DNA of 30,494 nucleotides from positions 1 to 30,494 of IMG/VR virus record IMGVR_UViG_3300033067_001482, one strand, 5' to 3'. Position numbers and translations under genes: made by a program. A model generated the notes under the pieces. The model saw nothing but the letters and a program-made list of their open reading frames with translations. It was not told the DNA's origin and did no database searches. Below are positions 23,896 through 30,494 of the stretch, piece by piece (position 1 is the first letter of the stretch; every line of letters starts with the position of its first letter). The stretch is from a virus (taxonomy: Duplodnaviria > Caudoviricetes).

Positions 23896-24258
23896 CTACT
23901 CCTTTTCCTTGGGGCCGTACTTTTCAAGGTCGGCCTGGGTTATGCCTGCGAGCGCGGCAGTCTTGAGAAACTCGGGATCGGGGCCAGAAACGCGTTCGGC
24001 TTCCTGCGTCGCCACGTCGGGCGCGTTTTCGCCGCCGGTGCCGCGCAGCGCGGCGGTCACGGCCTTGGGGCTGGCTTCCTCGAAGCTCTCGCCGGCGGCG
24101 ATGCTCGCCTCGACGGACTTGCGGGCCTCGCCGTTAACGGCCAGGGTGAGCAGCTTTTCGCGGCGCTGGCGTTCCTTGTCGATGCCGTTTTTCTCGGCCT
24201 CGGCGCTTATCTGGGCGACGAGATCGGGATGCTCGGCCTTGAGCTGGGTAATGTCCAT
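23896..24258 (-). CDS. Nested in-frame scaffolding protein (lambda Nu3-like, MDITQLKAEHPDL...)
   Basis: Internal AAGGAG (24268-24273) 9 nt before the ATG at 24258, after an A/T/S linker. Contains a G...ER.R coiled coil. Confidence 0.7.
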   Translation of the reverse strand: MDITQLKAEHPDLVAQISAEAEKNGIDKERQRREKLLTLAVNGEARKSVEASIAAGESFEEASPKAVTAALRGTGGENAPDVATQEAERVSGPDPEFLKTAALAGITQADLEKYGPKEKE

Positions 24259-25164
24259 TTTTTCGGACTCCTTGCTCTTGGATGTGGCCGCCGTAGTGGC
24301 AGCGGCCGAGCTGGCAACGCCAGCGGGGATACGGGAAAGATGGGAGCCGCGTACTTCGTCGATCATGCCGGCGGCCAGGGCCTTCTCGGCTATCACGACG
24401 CCACCGCGGCCGAAATCCTCGTTAACCTTCTTGGCGCTTACGTTGCGGCCGTCGGATACGCGGCGAACAAAAACGGAATGAACGTCGTCGAGGTGAGCGA
24501 TGATCTTGGCGCGGCCTTCGGGGGTCGCCGTGTTGGGGCGCTTGTCGGGGGCGTCGGTCGAGGTGTAGACGCGGTGCGCGATGCCCTCGGACTCAAGGGC
24601 GGCGCTGTCGTCGTACTCCTCGGCGGCGACGCCTATGGAGCCGACAGTCGAGGCGGGCGAGAGGGCGACGATACGGTCGGCCTGGCTGGCGAGCCAGTAT
24701 GCGGCGGAGGCGGCCATGCCGTCCACGTAGGCGATCGTCGGCTTCGATACGGCGGCGATAATCTGCGCCACGGCGTCCACGCCGTCGACGTACCCGCCGG
24801 GGCTGTTCACGTCGTAGGCTATGGCTGACACTTTCGGATCGGCGTCGGCGGCCAGACTGGCGGCGCTTATGTATCCGTACTCGGTGAGCGCTTCGGCGGT
24901 ATAAGCCCCGCAGGCGTCCGTCTGCGCGGAGGGGGTAAGCTCGCCTACTATGGGAATATGGGCAACGCCATCGGCGTCGACGGCATAGAGGGCTTTCGTC
25001 TCGCCTGGCTTCGGGGCGAGCAGTACGTGAGCGCTGGCGATGAGGTCGGCGCGAGCTTCGCGCATTTCGGCTGCGGTGCCAAGGGTGCGGGCGACTTTCA
25101 AAAGCTCGCGGCGGTCAGAGCGAAGGCGGGACAGGAAGCCGGCTTCCATAGCGTAGAGTCTCAT
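23896..25164 (-). CDS. S49 (SppA-like) prohead protease, lambda gpC-like
   Basis: DVNSPGG, MAASAAYWLASQAD, VGSIGV, F...V..GR and A..AGMID. Start re-called to the ATGA-coupled ATG at 25164. Confidence 0.93.
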   Translation of the reverse strand: MRLYAMEAGFLSRLRSDRRELLKVARTLGTAAEMREARADLIASAHVLLAPKPGETKALYAVDADGVAHIPIVGELTPSAQTDACGAYTAEALTEYGYISAASLAADADPKVSAIAYDVNSPGGYVDGVDAVAQIIAAVSKPTIAYVDGMAASAAYWLASQADRIVALSPASTVGSIGVAAEEYDDSAALESEGIAHRVYTSTDAPDKRPNTATPEGRAKIIAHLDDVHSVFVRRVSDGRNVSAKKVNEDFGRGGVVIAEKALAAGMIDEVRGSHLSRIPAGVASSAAATTAATSKSKESEKMDITQLKAEHPDLVAQISAEAEKNGIDKERQRREKLLTLAVNGEARKSVEASIAAGESFEEASPKAVTAALRGTGGENAPDVATQEAERVSGPDPEFLKTAALAGITQADLEKYGPKEKE

Positions 25165-26813
25165 TCGTCGCCTCCTTCGGGGGTGTTCGGGTTCGGGCTG
25201 CCGTCGGCGGGGTCGTCGTTTCCAGGCTCGTCGCTCGGGGGTACGGTGGCGCTTTTGGCGGTGGCTGGAGGCGCCGGCAAAAGCTCCGCTTCGCGCTTCA
25301 GGCGGGCGGCGTTTTCGTAGTAGTCGCTGCGATTGTATTCGAGGGCTACGCGCTCGCGGGTGGTAGCGCCTTGAGCGATTCGCACGTCGGCGGCGTTGGC
25401 GTCCTTGAGCGGGTCGATGCTCGGCATAGAGTCGCCGATCCATTCGCATTGCAGGATTGCGCGCGTTGCTACGGGGTCGCTACCAAAGCCGAGAGCCTTG
25501 AGCTTCGAGAGACGCCCGAGAGCGACTTCCTCGCGGAGCCAGGCTTCATATACTTGATTCAAAAACTGCGAGGCGACATGCCCGCGCCAGCGCTCGACGG
25601 TGAGCCAGAAAAGTATGAGGGCTGCCCGGCTCGCGCTGTAGTTGCTTGAGAATTTCATCTCAAGCGTTTCGATGGGAACCGAAAGCGAGGCGGACAGCGA
25701 GCGCACGACGGTGCTTTCAAATTCACCGAAATTGACGTTCGGGCGCTTGGTATCAAAGCTGGCGAGCTTTTCGCCGGCCTTGAGCCCGCCGATGAACATG
25801 CCGGGCTTGTCGACGCGCATTTCGACGCCGGTTTCCGACGTGGCGCTGGACGAGCCGGAGGAAGAGCCGCGAAGCTGCGCGCCGCCGCCAAGGGCTTTCC
25901 CGAGGTCGGTGCGCGTGTCGTTGTTCGGGCCGGGCTCTATCATGCCGGCGATGAGCGCGTTCGCTACGGCTGCGGCAAGTTCGGCCAGGCGGTAGTCGGT
26001 GATTTGCTGTAGCTCGTGGACGATGGAAGCCAGCGGGCCGACGCCGCGCACCTGGCCGGGCATGTCGATAATGGCGGGGAAATTAACGAAACGGCGAGTC
26101 TGGCCTTTTACCGGGATGCGGGTCGCCTTGCGGGCCAGGTCGTCGTAACTGAAAATCGCGACGATTTCGCCGGCCTTCGTGATCTCGACGCCATCGCGCA
26201 AAATATTGCCGCGAGCCTCGACCTGCGCGCGGAGGTCGGAGTCAAAGACGGTGCGGATCTGGTCGGCGTCTAGGAATTGGATCGAGAGGGGCGACATGCG
26301 CGAACTGTCGCCGGAGTAGCGGAATACGGAGGGCTGGTCGCCGTTTATTAGTTCGTTGATAAATTCAAAGCCTTGCAGTTCGGAAAAATTGCGGCGGCCC
26401 GTGGCGTCGGCCTCGTGGCTGTCAGCGTAAAGCTTGAAGCGCATGTCGATCTCGTCGCAGAGCTTCCGCTTTTCCTCGTCGGTCAGGGTGGAGCCGAGGA
26501 GTTCCCAGGCGATAGTCGAGCGAAGGGTGAGCCCGGTGCCGACGACGGTTTCGGCTAGGCGATTAAGGAGGGCGCGGGCCTGCGTGCTGTCCCAGTAGGC
26601 CATGCGCGAGCGAGCGCGTAGCGCCTCGGTGTCAAGGTCGAAGCCGGTCGAGTACTCGGAGCGAAGCGCGCCCTTGAACTTCGCGCCGTCGAAGGATGCG
26701 CGGGAACCGCCGCGCCAGCCCCAGTCGGAGGCGGTAGTGGCAGGCATCGGCGTAGCGGCGTAAACGGGAGCGGGCTTGGCTTGACTCTTGCGGTTGCGGT
26801 GGCGCTTGCCCAT
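25161..26813 (-). CDS. Portal protein, lambda family
   Basis: LRARSR, VVGTGL, D.TGR..F..LQ, PGQVRGV..LA, RPN..F, NYSASRAAL and IDPLKD..A. Confidence 0.96.
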   Translation of the reverse strand: MGKRHRNRKSQAKPAPVYAATPMPATTASDWGWRGGSRASFDGAKFKGALRSEYSTGFDLDTEALRARSRMAYWDSTQARALLNRLAETVVGTGLTLRSTIAWELLGSTLTDEEKRKLCDEIDMRFKLYADSHEADATGRRNFSELQGFEFINELINGDQPSVFRYSGDSSRMSPLSIQFLDADQIRTVFDSDLRAQVEARGNILRDGVEITKAGEIVAIFSYDDLARKATRIPVKGQTRRFVNFPAIIDMPGQVRGVGPLASIVHELQQITDYRLAELAAAVANALIAGMIEPGPNNDTRTDLGKALGGGAQLRGSSSGSSSATSETGVEMRVDKPGMFIGGLKAGEKLASFDTKRPNVNFGEFESTVVRSLSASLSVPIETLEMKFSSNYSASRAALILFWLTVERWRGHVASQFLNQVYEAWLREEVALGRLSKLKALGFGSDPVATRAILQCEWIGDSMPSIDPLKDANAADVRIAQGATTRERVALEYNRSDYYENAARLKREAELLPAPPATAKSATVPPSDEPGNDDPADGSPNPNTPEGGDE

Positions 26814-27055
26814 TACATGCCGCCTCGGTCAAAGGTGACGAAGGTCGGGCCGCCGTCCGTGGTGGCTTCGAGCAGTTCGGACTCAAGCTGGCGTATGGTG
26901 TCGTTGATCTCTTTGAGGCTGTAGCGCTTCGTCGACTGGCGGCCCTGGCCGGAGTCGATGCTGTATTCCGCGATGCCGCCGTTCGTTGCCGCCGTGCGGC
27001 GCAGGGTGTAGAACGCGTCAAGGTCAAGCTGTACTTCGGTCGCGCTTCTAGCCAT
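26813..27055 (-). CDS. Head completion protein, lambda gpW-like
   Basis: 80 aa between terL and portal, with EYSI...GR......L.EI...I..LE pattern. Confidence 0.8.
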   Translation of the reverse strand: MARSATEVQLDLDAFYTLRRTAATNGGIAEYSIDSGQGRQSTKRYSLKEINDTIRQLESELLEATTDGGPTFVTFDRGGM

Positions 27056-27071
27056 TGGCTGCCCCTATTAA

Positions 27072-27158
27072 GACGGGAGGCCACCCAGCTTGCGGCGTGG
27101 CAATCCGGGCGGCCTCCCTCGGCCTTACTGGGGAGCTGGCCTTGCGGGTCGCGCTCCG
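27072..27158 (-). ncRNA. Structured 5' leader of the head-tail operon (two stem-loops)
   Basis: Stem 1 is GGAGC...CC-GCAA-GG...GCTCC. Stem 2 is GGGAGGCCGCCCGG/CTGGGTGGCCTCCC (14 bp), extendable by TAAGGC/GTCTTA. Confidence 0.55.
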
Positions 27159-27175
27159 TACTTGCATGTGGTTAC

Positions 27176-27204
27176 ATGTTAACCGCGTAATAGGAAAATG
27201 TCAA
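27176..27204 (-). promoter_or_regulatory. Sigma70-type promoter TTGACA-N17-TAACAT upstream of gpW
   Basis: Perfect -35 at 27199-27204, 17-nt spacer and -10 at 27176-27181, in the largest intergenic gap of the late region. Confidence 0.8.
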
Positions 27205-27208
27205 GCCG

Positions 27209-29179
27209 CTATTTGTTCGCAGCGAGTAAATCCCAGAAAAGGGGCCAGTCTACCTCGCCGGTCTTGTCGTCGGGCGGGGCTGTCAAGGCGGCGGCTACGA
27301 CGTAGAGAGCGCCGAGGCTGTACACGCGGCAGTCGAGGGCTTCGTTGCGGCCCTTCTTTTTCCAGAATACGCGAGAGCGGCCGAGGCGGTCGGTTTCGGT
27401 GATACGATCTTCGCTATATAGCTTTTCAAAATATCGCCGGTCGTACTCGCTCGGGAAATGGCAATACCCGTCGGGGAGCTGCGCGCCTTCGGGCGGTGCG
27501 TCGATAGGGCCGACGCGCGTGGCAATATAGAATTCATGCTTGAGGTCGGACGTAGCAAGGTCGATGCGCTTGCATTGATGGCCGGTCACGTCGCGAAGCG
27601 CGAATATACGGCGGCCCGAGTCGAGGCGATCGGAGCCTTTCGACGGAAGGACGCCCGACTCGTAGCGGTCGCAAAAAGCATAGACGAGCGGCGACTGGTC
27701 GCCAGAGTCGACGAGGGTGAGGGCCGCGCGCTTTCCGCCGTGGGGCCGCGCGATTATCTCATCGAGCAGCCGCCAGGGGAGCGCGTCGAGGTCGGACGTG
27801 TCGCCGGGTAAAATGTGATAGCCTAAGCTCCAGTTTTCTTTGCCCTTGCCCCAGCCTACAATCTCGCACTCGATTCGATCGTGCTGAACGTCCGCGCCTA
27901 TGGTCACGACAAGCACGCCTTGAGGCATGCGAGCGTCCATCCACTCGACGGAATTGTCCTCGCGTAAGATCATTACTTCCGAGGCGTAGTTTTCGCGGCG
28001 AAGCATTACGCGGTCGGGGGTCGGGGCCTCGCCTCGTTCTTCGTATGGCTCGCCCAAAACAGTATTGATAAAAATACGCAGGCGGCGCGGGTCGCCTTGG
28101 GCCTTGATCCACTCTTCGCATATATCTTCCCATGAGCGCATGCCTACGGGGGAATATAGAGACGAGAGGGAATAGCTGCGGACACCTGGCCGGCGGCTTT
28201 CTTGTGTCGGGCGCCACTCCCCTCGCCCGAGAAAAAAAGCCTTGTCCTCGTTCCGCCATTTTCCGCCGCAGGTCGCGCACTCATAATGCACGGAGTCCCA
28301 TACGAGGCGGCCTTCGTCGTCCTTGTCGAATTTGATTTGTTTCCATTCGAGGGCTTGCATTTCGCCGCAATGCTTACACGGCACGAGATACCGGCGGGCG
28401 TCGCCCTCGTTATGCAAGGCGGATATGCGCGAGGTCTGTTTGATGAGCGGAGTCGAGCCGCCGAGTATCTTGCGGATAGCCTCGAAGCTATCCGTCCTCC
28501 GCACGGCCAGGCCCCAGGGGTCGCCCTCTTGCGCAGTGATCGCCTCGCGCGACTGGCCGCCGACTTCCATAGGCATCGCGTCCATTTCGTCGCCGAGTAG
28601 ATAGCGGATAGAAAACGAGCGGAGCTTTGAGCCGGAATTCGGGCCGACGGCCATGAGGAAGCCGCCGGGAAATTCCTTTTTGCTTTTCGTGTCGCCGGTG
28701 CTCTTGCCGTGCTTTTTTTCGGACTGGGCGAAAATCTTATGCGCGAGGCCGGCGCTTTGGATCATGCGGTCGACACGCAGCTCGACGCTTGCCTCGGCCA
28801 TACCTGCGTCGCCGGAGATCATCATAGTGGGGCCTGGCTCTGCGGCGATAATATAGCCGATCATGTTTTCGAGTACGGCCACGGTATAGCCTACCTGGGC
28901 GCCCTTGCGGACGTACACCTCGCGGACGGGCGAAGTCGGGGCCAGGCAGTCGAGCACTTCGCGCCAGTAGGGCGTCACGTCCCAGCGGAACGGGCCGGGC
29001 ATCGAGGTAAGGCCCTCGGGCAAGACGCGGTGCGCAGTAGCCCACTCGCTCGGGATCTCGTGCGTGATCTCGGTATGGATCGTCTCGTCGATCATCCGGT
29101 CGAACCAGGCAAGGGCCTCGGCTTCGTCCTCGGGAGTCCATAGCTTGCGGCGGCGCGAGATGGCGGGCGCGGGGGTCAT
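27209..29179 (-). CDS. terL: Terminase large subunit, lambda gpA family
   Basis: TPYWRE, Walker A RKGAQVGYT, Walker B LLGDEMD, GSTP, CxxC..CxxC, FINTVLGEP, GADVQ and NEALDCRVY. Confidence 0.97.
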   Translation of the reverse strand: MTPAPAISRRRKLWTPEDEAEALAWFDRMIDETIHTEITHEIPSEWATAHRVLPEGLTSMPGPFRWDVTPYWREVLDCLAPTSPVREVYVRKGAQVGYTVAVLENMIGYIIAAEPGPTMMISGDAGMAEASVELRVDRMIQSAGLAHKIFAQSEKKHGKSTGDTKSKKEFPGGFLMAVGPNSGSKLRSFSIRYLLGDEMDAMPMEVGGQSREAITAQEGDPWGLAVRRTDSFEAIRKILGGSTPLIKQTSRISALHNEGDARRYLVPCKHCGEMQALEWKQIKFDKDDEGRLVWDSVHYECATCGGKWRNEDKAFFLGRGEWRPTQESRRPGVRSYSLSSLYSPVGMRSWEDICEEWIKAQGDPRRLRIFINTVLGEPYEERGEAPTPDRVMLRRENYASEVMILREDNSVEWMDARMPQGVLVVTIGADVQHDRIECEIVGWGKGKENWSLGYHILPGDTSDLDALPWRLLDEIIARPHGGKRAALTLVDSGDQSPLVYAFCDRYESGVLPSKGSDRLDSGRRIFALRDVTGHQCKRIDLATSDLKHEFYIATRVGPIDAPPEGAQLPDGYCHFPSEYDRRYFEKLYSEDRITETDRLGRSRVFWKKKGRNEALDCRVYSLGALYVVAAALTAPPDDKTGEVDWPLFWDLLAANK

Positions 29180-29793
29180 GCGTATGTATGAATTAAAATG
29201 CCAGTATGATCTCCACTGGCGTATCGGCGCAATGCGTGCGCCGCGAGATCGCGCTCAGCCCTAACGTCGGCTTTCCAGGGAGAGCTTTTTCTTATTTGCC
29301 TAAACTTTTTCCCGTCATAATATATAAGCCCCCAGCCGTTAGGAATTTCTGATTCTGAAATTAGATTAGTTTCGCAAACATAGTATCGTTCTCCGCCCAA
29401 ATGAGGAACCTGAATGTAACTTTTTTCCCATTTTCCAATTTCGAATTCGCTTATTTCTAATTTTGTAAGCCTGTATTGGAATCGCTTATCAATATAAAGC
29501 GCTCCGTTTTTTTTATTCTCCCACTTTCTTATATCTCGCACTTCTTTAATAATTCTCGGAAAACAGCGATAGGGAGGAATCCAAGATATTCTTGATTCCT
29601 TTTTAGAATCTGCAAGAAAATCTGAATGACTCATTTTTATTTCGTAAAGCCTTGTTCCTGTAGCGCTATATGTAAGCACGTCGGGGAATTCTTGCGTCAC
29701 ATAGGACTGGTATTCGTAAAGAGCCAGCCAGTCCGCCGCAGGAGGCTTAATCGCCCATTCCGCCGTGAGTCGGCATAAGTCGTTATGCTTCAC
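29176..29793 (-). CDS. PD-(D/E)XK nuclease-like protein (MmcB-like), AT-rich
   Basis: PDVL...YEIK.S.SDFLAD.KK, G..RYYVC...LI...EIP.GWGL. Overlaps both terS and terL. Confidence 0.7.
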   Translation of the reverse strand: MKHNDLCRLTAEWAIKPPAADWLALYEYQSYVTQEFPDVLTYSATGTRLYEIKMSHSDFLADSKKESRISWIPPYRCFPRIIKEVRDIRKWENKKNGALYIDKRFQYRLTKLEISEFEIGKWEKSYIQVPHLGGERYYVCETNLISESEIPNGWGLIYYDGKKFRQIRKSSPWKADVRAERDLAAHALRRYASGDHTGILIHTYA

Positions 29794-30376
29794 CTAGCCC
29801 GCCCTCCTTGGCCGCTTCCTTCACTCGTGCGAGCCCTTCGGAAATCTCTTTTTCTAGCGCCGTCTCAAGCGCTCGCGGCCCCTCGGATACGGCGATGGCG
29901 TGCAGCCTGGCCGCCGACCGCCGAGGCATGTCGCGCAGGTGCGTTTTCATGGCCGCGTCGAAAGCCGAAAACTTACGGCGCACAAGGTCGCGCGGGATTA
30001 GCTCGCCCTTTTTTTCGGCGATAGCTAATTGATGCCGCTCGTTCTGCGAGCGCTTGAGGTTTATGTCAGCTTGCTTTTTTTTCGCGTCGAGGCCGATAGC
30101 CTCATTCGCTAGCTCATACTCGTCGTCCTGGTCGTCGGACGGAGGGGACACGGTGTCCCCTTTTGCGCGTGGCTTTTTCTTCTTGCCAGCGGCGACGATC
30201 TCGGTCTTTTTCGCCTTGTGCTTTTGCGCGTCGAGATAAAGCGCGTTCTTCGGGTTTTCGGTATCGACCATGCCGTCGGCGTTTACGACGATGCGGCCAG
30301 AGCCTACCGCCTTAGTCACGGCAGGCTTTGAGACGTGGGCGAGGTCGGCGAAGTCAGAGCGTGACAATAGGGCCAC
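29783..30376 (-). CDS. terS: Terminase small subunit (Nu1-like)
   Basis: N-terminal winged HTH (LSRSDFA....VSKPAVTKAV..GRI), a coiled coil and G.LIP...V. Upstream of terL. Confidence 0.85.
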   Translation of the reverse strand: MALLSRSDFADLAHVSKPAVTKAVGSGRIVVNADGMVDTENPKNALYLDAQKHKAKKTEIVAAGKKKKPRAKGDTVSPPSDDQDDEYELANEAIGLDAKKKQADINLKRSQNERHQLAIAEKKGELIPRDLVRRKFSAFDAAMKTHLRDMPRRSAARLHAIAVSEGPRALETALEKEISEGLARVKEAAKEGGLGEA

Positions 30377-30382
30377 GCTTGT

Positions 30383-30391
30383 ATGGTAACA
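30383..30391 (-). promoter_or_regulatory. Extended -10 leaderless terS promoter TGtTACCAT-N6-GTG
   Basis: -10 at 30383-30388, TG at 30390-30391, 6 nt to the GTG at 30376 and no SD. Confidence 0.55.
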
Positions 30392-30442
30392 CGTAACCGC
30401 GATTTGTGGTAGCAGTTAACGGTTAACCGCGCAATAGTTAAC
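30385..30442. repeat. Cluster of GTAACC/GTTAAC motifs upstream of terS
   Basis: GGTAAC-AC-GTAACCGCG at 30385-30401, and GTTAAC at 30415, 30422 and 30437. Confidence 0.75.
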
Positions 30443-30494
30443 CTGTTTAGATTTGGGGTGCCAGTATAAAAATGCGGGGCGGCCGATGCCTACC

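Larger units (their letters stand above)
1..30494. mobile_element. Temperate phage genome segment (lambda-like packaging genes, Mu-like capsid and contractile tail, tyrosine integrase)
   Basis: Continuous terminase-portal-protease-capsid-sheath-tube-TMP-baseplate-fibre-lysis order, plus integrase/attP and exo-RecT-SSB. No host housekeeping genes are visible. Confidence 0.97.

Noticed and set aside
25165-25449. Arg-rich N-terminal extension of the S49 protease in the ORF track
   Set aside because: It overlaps the portal gene out of frame. The ATGA-coupled start at 25164 is more plausible.
1-30494. CRISPR array or rRNA
   Set aside because: No regularly spaced repeat-spacer units or rRNA-like sequence was seen. 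The only tandem repeats are coding.

Overview
This window is about 30.5 kb of a GC-rich temperate tailed phage with a contractile tail, apparently in the unintegrated state because an attP-like site has phage genes on both sides. Left arm (+ strand): a Red-like recombination module (YqaJ-type exonuclease, RecT-like annealase, short SSB-like protein) with small membrane ORFs in between. A convergent tyrosine integrase follows, then an attP carrying the 3' end of an Ala-identity tRNA (or tmRNA), a terminator and paired arm-type repeats, and an isolated + strand lambda gpZ-like gene. Right arm (- strand, about 25 kb): terS, an AT-rich PD-(D/E)XK nuclease-like gene, lambda gpA-type terL, gpW, lambda-family portal, S49 protease with nested scaffold, cement protein, Mu gpT-like capsid, Mu-like sheath/tube/chaperone (-1 frameshift)/short tape measure/gpN/baseplate, tail fibre, a lysis cassette (C39-type peptidase, holin, overlapping spanins), a four-gene putative virion-appendage module and a three-gene nucleotide-metabolism module. 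Most notable non-coding signals: a GGTTAC-N2-3-(G/T)TAACC(GCG) motif shared by attP and both late promoters, three leaderless promoters, a structured late leader RNA and a second tRNA-like relic. All family assignments come from recognising motifs and synteny by eye; no searches were run. The spanins imply a diderm host; a spirochaete host is a weak guess.
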